Below are positions 35,581 to 48,139 of a DNA stretch of 64,000 bases, one piece after another. The position numbers and the translations under genes are program-made. Location of the stretch: assembly GCA_038496445.1 (NCBI GenBank), contig JALMLS010000015.1, positions 682,001-746,000 of the forward strand, given 5' to 3'. The notes beneath the pieces were generated by a model, which ran no database searches, was not told where the DNA came from, and saw only the letters and a program-made list of their open reading frames with translations. How positions within the stretch are numbered: position 1 is the first letter of the stretch; each line of letters starts with the position of its first letter. Source of the stretch: Trichosphaerium sp. ATCC 40318 (Eukaryota > Protista > Tubulinea).

Positions 35581-37010
35581 ATGGTAAACGGTATTGTAAT
35601 TATGCCGTATTTGATGTTAGTGTTACCTAGTAAGCTTTGAACGCACTGAATATTTGAAAAAGCTTTTTTTTTTAGTCGTACTAGCTCAGCAGTTTCCCAT
35701 AGATGAATTCTTTAATTCAACTGGCGTGCTAGAAGGACCTAACATAACACAGCTCGCACTAGCCAATATAGGTGCTTTAGAAACACGTGATACAACGTAT
35801 TATATCATTGCTGCTAACGCGAGTGCGTCACAATCTTTTTAATTTTACAAATATCTAAATTACTAACGATATTGAGATAGATTCAAATGGCACAAGCGGT
35901 GTAATTGTACAAGTGACAACAATCAATGGTAAGGAATACAATCTTTAAATTTGAAGCTTTTGTGCGTAGCAAGTGAAAAAATCTGTACATTCTTGGTTTT
36001 CTCTGCAACTTGCTTGCGACGGACACCACATTCATATCTAACAACCATTAGATTGTATAACAAGAAGGTCTTGCGGAAACATTCGAGCTTTAAGAACATT
36101 GCAATCCAAAACTCACTAGCAGTAATTTGTTCCTAAATTAATAATTTTTTTTTCAAACTGATAAGCTTAGGTGTAAATCTATTTGTTTCTGATGCTTTGT
36201 TCGAAGTTATTGGACCAAATTGTTTTTTACATGCCTGGTTCGACAACTTGAATATGATTTCCTTCACCTCCGTTGATACATCTTTGAATACTGTACGCTT
36301 GTCAACGTTATTAAATGTGACTAATTTCTAAAACTACAAGGCCACCGAACAAAAAGTGTTCAATGAAACAGCACCTGAGGAAATAACAGATATTGAGTAT
36401 CTTGAATACAACTCATTCACTAACTCTTTGGTAATCCAGCTACATTGCAAAATACAACTATTTTAAAGGCGCTATTCGAAATGGACATACAACATTGTAA
36501 ACATGCGAAATTCTTAGAGAGTCATCACGTGATATTCGAAAATGGAGAAGCAGTAAACACTTATGATAAATCAGCTATTTCTCCATTTGTTTATATTCAC
36601 TATGATCCATTTCCTAACACTACTGTTGTGTTTTCTTCATCTCCGCGATTGGTACGACCATAACACGATACCGAAGTTTGCCTATTCAAGTCATCACATA
36701 CAATTGCGTTGATCACGAACAGCAATTTTCAACAACAGGACTTGTTTTATTTTTAACCATAGGTGCATGTTCAACTAAAAACAGTACAAGTAGTACTATG
36801 GCAATATCACTTGGTGTAACATTTGGTTTCTTATTGGTAAGTAAGACTGATCACTTATTTACTATCTTAACATTGTTGGATTAGATATGTGTTGCTTTCA
36901 TCATTTCTGTATTTGTGGTCAAACCTCTCCAAAAGGCAATTGTACCTTGGTCTCTAAGAAAAAATGAATTAGCAGCTATGAGGCAAGTTACCCAATCAAA
37001 AACTGTTTAA
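35581..37010 (+). pseudogene. Internally deleted family member G8: G15-type head joined to a module-A TM tail
   Basis: 36060-36660 closely matches 54645-55245. It then jumps to IQVITYNCVDHEQQ...KPLQKAIVPWSLRKNELAAMRQV. Head exons, stalk and Cys-rich domain are missing. Confidence 0.75.
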
Positions 37011-37241
37011 CAAACGAATAAACCAATATCTGTTTTTTTCAAATATAAACGTTTGTATGATCTATGAATTGAATAATAGGAAGACATTACCGAAAAAGAG
37101 AAACAACACAGTTGCTACGGTAGCAGAGTAATGACAGATGAGTGACACTGGTGTTCTGTTTTATTTCTCAAGTCTTGGTGTTCCCCCAAATAAAACAACA
37201 TCATTCAACTCTTTTTGGCATCAACTTACACACAGGTTTAA

Positions 37242-39599
37242 ATGTTAACCGTCGCCGTTACTATACTGTACTCACTTTTATTTCTACCAGGTACTCAAGT
37301 AGAATTATTGTTTAAACGGTTATTTATTTATGCATGTTAGTTGTATTCAGCCCTGCGCCACCTTTGGATCAGTTTTTTAGTTCACGTGGGATACTTGAAG
37401 GAGTTGAAATATCTTCAATTGGAACAACAACTATGGGCGCTTTAGAAGCACACAACACTACTTTTTATATCTTCGCAGCTAATGCAGGTGGTTAGCGTCG
37501 TTTGGTTAAATATTGACTTATTTGATAGACAAAGCATCTGTTCCTGGTGTAATTGTTACAGTGACAACGCTAGATGGTACGCAATCTTCGTTATATCTCG
37601 GTGAACTTAAGCCGTGAGTAGATTTGCTGGTTGGAAATCAGACATTAGAACCGTTCTTCATTCCGAACATTAGAAAACCGAAGCTAACCAAAGATGTGCA
37701 CATAAGCGATTCGCGAGTATTCGCTATGATGCATAGAAACGGAAACGATACAAGCTTTGGTGTAACATTCGTGAGCCTTAATCTCTCTACAGAGGTAAGA
37801 TAACGTTTAGTATTGCTTCTAATATCACGTGCGTTTTATCAAGGAGTTATCAATAACATCGAGTCATTCATTTCCGATTACTCTATCTCAGAGTATTGTA
37901 CTAATATCATATACATTCGTATCATATGAGCGTACGAGACTTGCACTAAAAATGTTAACGGCTGTTAGATACGTACTATGTTTCATTCTTCACGCTTCGC
38001 AGTAGAACTAGTCATAGCGAAAGAGCAACGTTCGAGTTTCAACAAGACCAAAGCCCCAAACGTACGCCATTGAATATCTATGTCGTGAATGTTGTCAATG
38101 ACATATTGTAGGGAATCGGGTTTTTTGTATAGTAGTCTAATAGTAACAGATTTCGACTTTGCAGTTGCTCACAATACAACTTTGTTGCTTGCACGTAGTA
38201 TTAACGCAACTCTATTCTTGCGAATCACTTATTTTGACACTGAAAAGAACGGAATTCTTGAGTTAGAAGGAGTAAGTTTTTGTTGTAACAACTGTTCAGA
38301 ACGTAACCTTAAACTGAAGGACAGTGCTTTTGTTCAAACAGCGCCAATCAGGAACATAAATGGCGTAGAATACAATCTATTCAAAAACTCTTTAGTGATG
38401 CTGATAGAGCTAGAAACAGGGGAGGCCATTACTGCTTCTCACAAGTTGGTAGGTAATTGCAATCACAACTTGGGCTTCAGAACAGGAAAAATCACAGCAG
38501 ATGTTGTGCGACAATTTCAGGTATCGGTTGATGCCGCCCCTGTAGCAGTTATAAACGCTCATGGCTCAGGTTACACTCCATTTGTGTTTGTATTCTTTGA
38601 CAACAACACAACTGATTTCATGTTGTCTTCCTCCCCACAATTGGTATTTCAATGACAGTACACGTGATAAATAATTATTTACAAGATACAGGGAAACGCT
38701 GTTGAGAAAATAGTGAGAACTACCCAAATAAACAGCCCGTTTTCACCAGGGGAGATTCAAGGCATTCTGGATGAACAACACTGTCTTTTTTTAGTATGTT
38801 ATTCGTTTTTAACTCGTCTTAAACTTATGTAGGTGTTACTGGCATCAGAGAATGATCAATATAGCGCATTCATAAATGCATCAGACTTCGCTGATTGTAG
38901 TTGTATGTAGTTAAAAAACAGATAGTTTACTCCTTTACTAGCAAGAACTATAGAGTGTACGGATAGTTGTTGTATTCAATGCGATCCAATGGAACCAGTA
39001 TGTGTGATAGAAGCTAATGTTATCGTACTTAATGATGCCATTGTAACTATTCAATCGCCTACAGTAATCAAAGGTGACTTCACAAACAACGGCGAAGTAA
39101 TTCTAAAAGTTGAAGACAACGAGGGCGCCACTCTTACTGTTGAAGGTATTAGAGACCAACTGTAACTAGTTAACCGTGTTTTTAGGGTGCCTTGATATAC
39201 AACCAAATGCTTTATTTGTTATTAATGTATCAAGAGTGAACACATCATCTAACAAAGTGAATAATGTTATTTCATCACCATGTATTAGCGGCATTGTGCA
39301 AGTAATAACCAGTGATTGTGTTGACAATGAACAACAACGCTCTAACAATGGCATTGACTTGTTTTTAATCAAACGCAAATGTACACGTGATAGCAATAGT
39401 TTAGCAATTGTACTTGGAGTAATGTTTGGTTTCCTAGTAGTAAGTACAACTTCTCTATTTTTGTACTTGCTAATGTTGTGCTAAGCTATTTGTTGTTTTA
39501 ATCATATTTGTATTTGTATTTGGGCCTCTACGACAAGCTATTGTGCCATGGTCTCTCCGAAATTTAAGAAGAGATGTAAAAGTAGTACCAGTGAATTGA
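37242..39599 (+). CDS. Surface-protein family member G9, module A (TM); inverted paralogue of G3
   Basis: Promoter and 5' exons are near reverse complements of 23300-23800. Tail is GPLRQAIVPWSLRNLRRDVKVVPVN*. Confidence 0.8.
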
Positions 39600-40146
39600 T
39601 ATCAAAGGAAAGTTGTAGCTAAATAAAATGCTTGGTATTTGAAATAGGTCACAACATTCTAAGAATACTCATTGGCTTACGGGGTTCTGCTTCTAAGGAT
39701 TACCCTAGGCAGTGAGAAGGAAGATACAGTGAACTGAGTCACAATAACACGGTGGAAAGTTTTAGTCAAGTGCTCCATGAATCAATGCACGTGTTTGTAT
39801 TCAGTACCAGCCTGTTCTTTCCAAAGTTTTCTTTCACGTTTTGATTTATCAATCAAACAATCAATCACCTAGTCGCTCAAAGCAAGTATTTTCTGCTCAT
39901 TAGCCAAGTATCAATAAATATATTCTAAATATAAAGCTTCTTGCTGTTAGTTGTGGCACCCAATCCGCCCCATTTCTGACCTTGATATGTTTAACGTCCT
40001 TTCTACGGCCTTCAGGCTACCTCTGCTTTGTTGGATGTACTTAATAACTTCAGCCAACTCGGTTTGTGCAGATTGTGCACGTGGAAAACTAGTATTGACC
40101 AACAGCGAATACGTTTTATCTTCGCGTGAACAAGTTAAAATTGAAG

Positions 40147-42172
40147 ATGTTTAGTACACTGGGACCCTATTTAACCGTAACTACTTCATTAATATGGGTA
40201 ACTGGTAATAAAAAACAATTTGTTTCTAGTTTTATTTTTTTATAGTGTTCGCGCGTGGGGCGCTAGAAGATGAATTTTTTGCCTCCAATTGGGTGATGGA
40301 AACTAAACACACAATGAGAGAAAATGGAACGACAGAAATAGGATCAATACGAACAGCGGACGCTACTTATGTCATCTTTGTGTCACGTGCTAGTAAACGA
40401 CACTTTTTTTGAAAACAATTTTGTTATTTACAACACTGTAGCAAATAATGTAACATTGGATGTTGGAGTCAGTATAGCGGTAACCACCATACAAGGTAAT
40501 GGCTTAATCATCACTTTTAATTGGTACTAACGTTTTGAAAAGATTGGCGTGCTGGAAGTCGAACTTTTGAACCATTGTTTGTAGCGAATGCTTCAAATGC
40601 GAAAGTCCCAACTTTATCAAATTTAGTACACCAACCTGAATTTGTTTCGGTGTACAAAAATATAGACGGAAGTTTGCGAGTATTGTTTTTACGTTTGGAT
40701 ACAAGTGCAAAGGTAGGCGAGAAGACTACGGAAACCCAACCTTACTTTCTTGAAAAGACAATTGAAGTTACCAACGACACTCTATTTCAAGAAGAAATGG
40801 CTAACTCGTTAGACGCTTCAAGAAACTCAATTGTAGAATGTACGACATAAATATTTCGTTGTTAGCGCTAACTCCTCTTTTTAGATAAAGTGAACAAATA
40901 CTTGCTTCATTGTTTTGTAAAGTTAGGACCTTCTTACACTTACATTCTTGAAAATGGATTGGACCCTGTATTAATCGGATGTGCGATTCAGTTGTTAGTT
41001 TAATATATCACTGACACATTTTTTAAAGTTGATAATACAAGTATTGTTGATAGTTCACTTGTATTCTTTAATCAAAGCTGTTTTGTGGTTGCATCAGTTC
41101 GCCATCGCCAAGGAAATCTGAAATTCACATACTGGAATAACTCCCTTCCTGTACAGTTTATTATATTGACGTCACTTATTGACACTTGTTTTAGGCGGTT
41201 GAACATAATACACTAGGTGTTTTAGAATCAGTACAGAGAGTATATTTGAGATACAACTTGGATCAAAATGTTCTTCATTTGCAAGTGGATGATTTGAATT
41301 ACACTTACTCAGCCATAATCACAGCTACATGTGGATCAGTAACGTTAGTACAGTCTGATTTTTTCGACAGTGCTCCTGAATTATCTACCATAAGCGTTGG
41401 ATCTTCTACAACCTCTCCATTTGTCTTTCTGTATTTCTACCCAAATACAACACAAAATATTAAGTACTCATCAAATGTTACCTTGGTATGTCAGTCTTAC
41501 CTTATTGGATTCCCACTAATGTTCTTAAAGGAAACAGTCATTGAGAAACAGTTACCGATGAACTTGCCTGAATATGCTATTAGTGGTATTATTGACAAAC
41601 ATAGTTGTGTTCTGTTTGTACGTTTTCGATGAATGCAAAGAATTTGTAACCAATAGATACATAGATATTGGCGTCAGCAGGGAATATGCAATACAATGCC
41701 TTCATTACACCTCAGGATGGTCTATTCGATTGTATACGTGAGTATCTATTCCATAACTAGTACCCCTTATTCATGTTCTAGCAATTACTCCAGCACCTAC
41801 GAGCTCAAGAATTGTAAACAACACCTTAGAGTGTATGAATAGTACTTGCCTTCAGTGTCTTAGAACAGAATGTACAGACATAGAGTATCAACCTACACTT
41901 TGCTGCGTTATTGACCACAGTGATTGAAGTGCTTTCACAAACAATGGCGATGTGATTCTAGTGGTTGACGATGAAACTTACATTTTGTGAAAGGTAATGA
42001 TATGTAGATTATTGTATTGATTATAACTTTAGGTTATTTGGTGATACTGCCTAATAGTTTGTTTATTGTTGATTTATCCGGTGTTGACACATCATTGAGC
42101 AAGTAATCAATGTTATTTTCACCTTGTATAAAGGTGATTTTAAGTAGTTTCCAGTGATTGTGTTGATCATGA
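40147..42172 (+). pseudogene. Family member G10 (G11/G13 subclass), 3' part frameshifted and truncated by a minisatellite
   Basis: The 5' three quarters parallel G11 and G13. From about 41870 there are many 1-3 nt deletions. It ends at VDHE where the repeat starts. Confidence 0.7.
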
Positions 42173-42435
42173 ATTCTACTTTATTTTCCACAAATCTAGC
42201 TTTTTTTGGGCTGAATTCACACTTATTTTTCTGGTGAATTCTACCATACCAACTTAAATCTAGCTTGTTTTTGGGCTGGTTTCACGCTTATTTTTAAATA
42301 TGATTCTACCTTGGTTTTCAGTCTGAATTCTACCTTATTTTCAACTAGCTTTTTGTAGCTGAATTCACGCTTATTTTAATTGAATTCTACCTTGGTATTC
42401 ATCTGGAATTCTACCTTACTATTTGAAATTAGCAT
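42170..42435. repeat. Degenerate minisatellite of TGAATTC(T)AC..TTATTTT-type subunits with ~55-65 bp higher-order period
   Basis: About 9 copies of gaattc(t)ac-like cores and 3 copies of ctagcttttt..gctg. Confidence 0.75.
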
Positions 42436-42961
42436 TTTGAACTAAAATTGTTTATTTACATTGGAAATCATGTCAAAAGGCATACTTTTCAACGCAAAAC
42501 AATGAACCTAAGTCTATTGAAAAATAATGCAAAAAAAAAACCATGGATACTGAATAAATGCGAAATCCCACTGTGTTCAGTTTACTCCAACGTTAGCATA
42601 CCTCAAAATTTACTACAAGCGTACAGTGCGTTAAAATAGCGTCAAAACGTGATAAATTACCACAACACGACCCGTAATGGTAAACACAATGGAGGTGCTG
42701 TTGGCTCTCATTCTCTAAGATATGTTCTAAATATAAAGCCTTGTTACTGTCAATGTTGGCACCCAACTCACCTCATTTTTACCTTGATATGTTTAACGCC
42801 CTCATATAGGAGTGTACAACCCTTGGTACGACCTTCAGGCAACCTGTCTGCTTTGTATTCACAACTACGATGTATTTACTAACAGCGTGGAAAAAAATTG
42901 ACCAATCTATTACGCTTTTGGAAAGCGGTCTAACTTTAATTCTAGCCAAATTAACTCGAAT

Positions 42962-45621
42962 ATGGTTTGTACACTGGGTGTCTATTTAACAATATCAGCG
43001 TCATTAATATGGATAACTGGTAAATATAGCAATAGGTGTAGTTAATTTAGTGATTAATTTTTTTTGTTAGTGTTCGCGCGTGGGGCGCTAGAAGATGAAT
43101 TTTTTGACTCCAATTGGGTGATGGAAACTAAACACATAATGAGAGAAAATGGAACGACGGAAATAGGATCAATACGAACAGCAGACGCTACTTATGTCAT
43201 CTTTGTGTCACGTGCTAGTAAGCGATACTTCTAATTCAATTTTTGATTTTTAATTTTTTTTCTTTTTCTGTAGAGTGTTTCGATAATCTAGAATTCTAGA
43301 TATCGCCAATACAGTTCAAATCGTTCAAATTCTCTAAATTTATTTCCGCTACAATCAGAAACGCCTTTATTTTAATTATGCTCAAAAACAGTACTTGCAA
43401 GCACCGGGTAAAGTAAAGAATTTGAACGATATTGCTGTACCTGAGATTCTAGAATTCTAGATATTCTAGACATTTGAAAATAAGGCGCCCTTCATATGGT
43501 ATAATATACCGCACTATACCATACGAAAGTGACTTTAATTATCTTGTGAATTATCTAGTTTATCGGAGATATTTAACCATCTCCGTAGCAAATAATCTAA
43601 CGTTGGATGTCGGAGTCAGTATAGCGGTAACCACCATACAAGGTAATGGTTCAATCATCACTTTTAATTGGTACTAACATTTTGAAAAGATTGGCGTGCT
43701 GGAAGTCGAACTTTTGAACCATTATTTGTAGCGAATGCTTCACATGTGAAAGTCCCAACTTTATCAAATTTAGTACACCAACCTGAATTTGTTTCGGTGT
43801 ACAAAAATATAGACGGAAGTTTGCGAGTATTGTTTTTACGTTTAGACATAAGTGCAAAGGTAGGCGAGAATACGGAAACCAACCTTACCTTTTTTTTGTG
43901 AAAGACAATTGAAGTTACCAACGACACTCTATTTCAAGAAGAAATGGCTAGCTTGTTAGACGCTTCAAGAAACTCAATTGTAGAATGTACGACATACACA
44001 TTCATTGTTAGCGCTAACTCCTCTTTTTAGATAAAGTGAACAAATACTTGCTTCATTGTTTTGTAAAGTTAGGACCTTCTTACACTTACATTCTTGAAAA
44101 TGGATTGGACCCTGTGTTGATTGGATGTGCGAAATCCTAGTTTAGCTTTACTATTATACCTTTTGACATGTTTTGCTTTTAGTTGATAATACAAGTATTG
44201 TTGATAGTTCACTTGTATTCGTTAATCAAAGCTGTTTTGTGGTTGCATCACTCCGCAATCTGCATAGAAATGTGAAATTCACATACTGGAATAACTCTCT
44301 TCCTGTACAGTTTATTATACAACCTCTCTTATTCACACTTGTCTTAGGTGGTTGAACATGATTCAATAGCTGTTTTAGAATCAGTACAGAGAGTATATTT
44401 GAGATACAACTTGGATCAAAATGTTCTTCATTTGCAAGTGGATGATTCGAATTACACTTACTCAGCCATAATCACAGCTACATGTGGATCAATAACGTTA
44501 GTGCAATCTGATTTTTTCGAGAGCGCTCCTGAATTATCTGCCATAAGCGTTGGATCTTCTACAACCTCTCCATTTGTGTTTCTGTATTTCTACCCAAATA
44601 CAACACAAAATATTAAGTATTCATCAAATGTTACCTTGGTACGTTAGTCTTGCCTTATCAGTTCCCAGTAATGTTCTTAAAGGAAACAGTCATTGAGAAA
44701 CAGTTATCGATGAACTTGCCTAAATATGCTATTAGTGGTATTATTGACAAACATAGTTGTGTTCTGTTTGTACGTTTTCTATGAATGCAAAGAATTTGTA
44801 ACAATTGATAAATAGATATTGGCGTCAGCATGGAATATGCAATACAATGCCTTCATTACACCTCAGGATCGTCTATTCGATTGTATACGTGAGTATCTAT
44901 TCCATAACTTATCGTTTATTGTTGTTATAGCCATTACTCCAGCACCTACAAGCCCAAGAATTGTAAACAACACCTTAGAGTGTACGAATAGCACTTGCCT
45001 ACAGTGCCTTTTGGCAGAGTGTATATACAATGGGAGTATTTTGATACCTAACACTGTTGCTATACGCATAACTGAGCCTACAGTGATTGAAGGTGATTTC
45101 ACAAACAATGGCGATGTGATTCTAGTGGTTGACGATGAAACTACTACACTTTCTGTGAAAGGTAATGATATCATCTACAACGTAGAGTTATTGTATTAAT
45201 TATAACTTTAGGATGCTTGGTGATATTGTCTAATAGTTCATTTATTGTTGACATATCCGGTGTTGACACATCATCTGAGCAAGTAATCAATGTTATTTCA
45301 TCACCTTGTATAAATGGTGATGTTCAAGTAGTAGCCAGCGATTGTGTTGGTTATGAACAGCAACGCTCTCCTACAGGTCTTGATTTGTTAATTGTCACGA
45401 GCAAATGTTCTGGTGATACTACCATACCAATAGTACTTGGTGTAACTGGTGGTTTCTTGTTTGTAAGATCCACTTGGTTTCTTTTGCATTTACTTATTTT
45501 CTACTAGATTTTTGTAGCATTCATGATATCTGTATTTGTCATCAAACCTCTCAGAACAGCTATAGTACCTTGGTCATTGAGAACTAGACAAAAAGAAGCG
45601 AAAATAACACCAATGAACTAA
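42962..45621 (+). CDS. Surface-protein family member G11, module A (TM)
   Basis: Start MVCTLGVYLTISASLIWIT. Head ARGALEDEFFDSNWVME..., then ECTNSTCLQCLLAEC and tail KPLRTAIVPWSLRTRQKEAKITPMN*. Confidence 0.8.
43282..43465. mobile_element. MITE-like foldback element inside intron 2 of G11
   Basis: Arms contain the palindrome tctagaattctaga and the pair atcgttcaaattct/agaatttgaacgat. Absent from the equivalent ~48-nt intron of G10. Confidence 0.55.
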
Positions 45622-45847
45622 AGAATGCCATTACCATTTCACCACGAAAGAAAAACTTACAAGGGTAAAAACTAAATAAAGGAACGGGGTCACCGTTGGC
45701 TATATTTTACTCTAAGATTTATGTTTATTTCGCCACAAAGATATACCAGAGCGTACCTTAAAGTGCCATCCTTAAAATAGCGTCAACACGTGATAAATTA
45801 CCCGAAACAACACGAAACAACACGACCCTCCAAAGAACGATAAAATA

Positions 45848-46191
45848 ATGGTAAACACAGTGGAGGTGCTGTTGGTAGTCTCAATATTGCTATTCCCATG
45901 TATGTTATTACGTTAGATGAGTTTTTCGATTCTAGTGAAATACTTGAAACACCAGACTTAAGCGTTACTTCTGCACCAGTTATGGGCGCTTTGGAAACAC
46001 ACAATACAACGTATTATATTTTCGCTGCTTAAGAATTCACCGGTGAGTGATTAGCTATATTAGACGACGTAAGTCTAATACAAAAACAATACTTAACATA
46101 AGTACAGGTTCCATAGATGTAGGTAGAATAGGTTCAGCGTTCACAGTACTTAGTTCTACGTGTTTTTTACATGCATCAATAAATGAGATTG
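45848..46191 (+). pseudogene. Collapsed G14-type copy (G12)
   Basis: Same upstream region and ATG as G14 (50919), an in-frame TAA at FAA*, and serial deletions. Confidence 0.8.
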
Positions 46192-47225
46192 GCTCTCATT
46201 CTCATATAAGATATGTTATAAATATAAAGCCTTACTGCCAGTGTTGGCACCCAATTCACCTACGCTGTATTTACCAGTTTTCAAATGTTGAAGTTAAGGA
46301 TATTTATCCAGGAGAATCTCATTGACAGCTATAAGTTTCTCTGCATGCAGAGTTGGTTCTAATGAGTTAAAGTAAATGATGTGTAGGAAATAGTGGTATG
46401 GCTACTGCGATAGGTGTAAATTTGGTAGTGCGGCCATTGGCAATGCTGCGTTTTTGCTGAGAACTGCCAGAGATCAAAAAGTCAGCATCCAATCATATTA
46501 GCATACTATTGGTTGGTCAGTCGGCTAAAGCTAGAGTCTGCTCCTACTGCAACAGAGTGGTGATACATAGGTCATTCAGGAAGTGCGTGTTCACAGTGTG
46601 TTGTTTTCCCGACTACGAGGTTCCGAACAGAAGGTTCACAGTTGCCAATCTCCCAGAGTTGACAGAGATTGTTCACAGCCTGCTTTACCCTGATGCCTGT
46701 GAAAAATACAAAATGGCGTATTCTGAAATGTACTTTCAACTAGCCAATGAACATTTCAGCTTCAAGCAAATGACAACACAACTTAATAAATAATTTTGGT
46801 ATTCAAAAATGGCTTGTTTTTGTTCAGTCTACTTTGCTACAGGTTAAAACTCGTGTCTAGTGCGACTCAGTGCACCGTTGTACTCATACAGCATTATGTT
46901 CACAGTGGTGAGTCAACTTTAGTTCAGTCATATGCCTGAGTTGGGTTAAAATCAACACTGAGTCATCAGTCAACAGATGTATTAGTTTATTTTCACTTTC
47001 AATCTACAGCACTTGACAACACTGACTTTGAGACTCATTGTGGTTGATGTCATGTACATGTTGAGTCAGGTGAGTCTGGTTTTGTCAGGGTTAAAAACAG
47101 ACCTGAGTGGGACTCACCCTTTATGATGGTGCTCATATGTCACCAAATAATTTCGGCTGACGGCTGACTTGACTTCAGTCGTTTAACACTATACCAAGTA
47201 GGCTCCGTTTTTAATAACTGAGCCA

Positions 47226-47995
47226 TCAGTGGCAATGACTTAAAAAGGCATTGGTTTTATTAATTATATTGGTTGCAGAAATGGATTGATATATGGTTAT
47301 TATTTGGTTTCGAGTGGTTGAAGACGCTACGGTTAGCAAGAAAAAGCCTGGTTTTTGAAGATATGCAAGGGAGTCAAGGCCTAGACCAGTGCTTTTTTTT
47401 CTGAAACGTCTCTCAGGTTGGATTTTCCAAGGTATTTTGGCGTCTGCTCTGAGTAAGTCGGCTCCATTGCATCGCACTCTTTTGAGGATTGTTGGGTCTA
47501 CTACTGTAGCGTTGGTCACAAAGGTAATACCTAGGTTAATGACTATTTATGATTGTGGCTTTTCGATAAACATTAAATTTTCTGAAGCGGATAAGGCGAG
47601 ACCAGCTGCATGTCTTCTAGAGATTTCTTTGTTTTGTTTAGTGTTGTTGAGATTGAGGTTAATATGTATGCCTAGGTCTTTGTAGCGAGGAAGGAGACAT
47701 GGTTATCACCTACTTTAGGAGGTGGGTATAGGTGGGTTGGAGCGGATCTGTTAATGTGATTTCTTGGCGTTAATTTTCATCCCATAAAAGGAGCACCATC
47801 ATTTCTTCATATGATTCTGCAATGATTTTTATATCATCATACGCTATTATAGGTACTCAGATGTTGGTGAAAGGATTTTGTAGCCACAGTTCATATTTTC
47901 AAGTTCTTTGATTAATATATTTGCAAAGGTGGAAAGTATTGGGCTGAGGCCATCGCCTTGTTTGACGCCTTTCTCAGTGTTAATGGAATTTTGCC
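47226..47995 (-). mobile_element. Decayed non-LTR retrotransposon (LINE-type) reverse transcriptase fragment
   Basis: Minus-strand motifs in the expected order across frameshifts: EKGVKQGDGLSPIL, VPIIAYDDI (YADD box), WCSFYGMKINAKKS, RYKDLGIHIN (YKYLG box). Confidence 0.85.
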
Positions 47996-48139
47996 AACTA
48001 TGATGTGGCGGTAAGACCTTTGTGCCACATTGCTGTTACGTTCTTTTTAGAAACCGTATTTGCTGTGGAATAGTATTGACCAATCAAATACGCTTTTGGA
48101 CAGCGAAGTAATTTAATTTGTATCCACGTTAACTCGAAT

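Noticed and set aside
42170-42435. CRISPR-like appearance of the repeated GAATTC units
   Set aside because: Units are degenerate, the intervening sequences are themselves repeated, there are no cas genes, and the context is eukaryotic.
47226-47995. Diversity-generating retroelement explanation for the hypervariable heads
   Set aside because: The RT motifs are LINE-like and decayed. No template/variable repeat pair with adenine-specific mismatches was seen, and variation includes indels and all bases.
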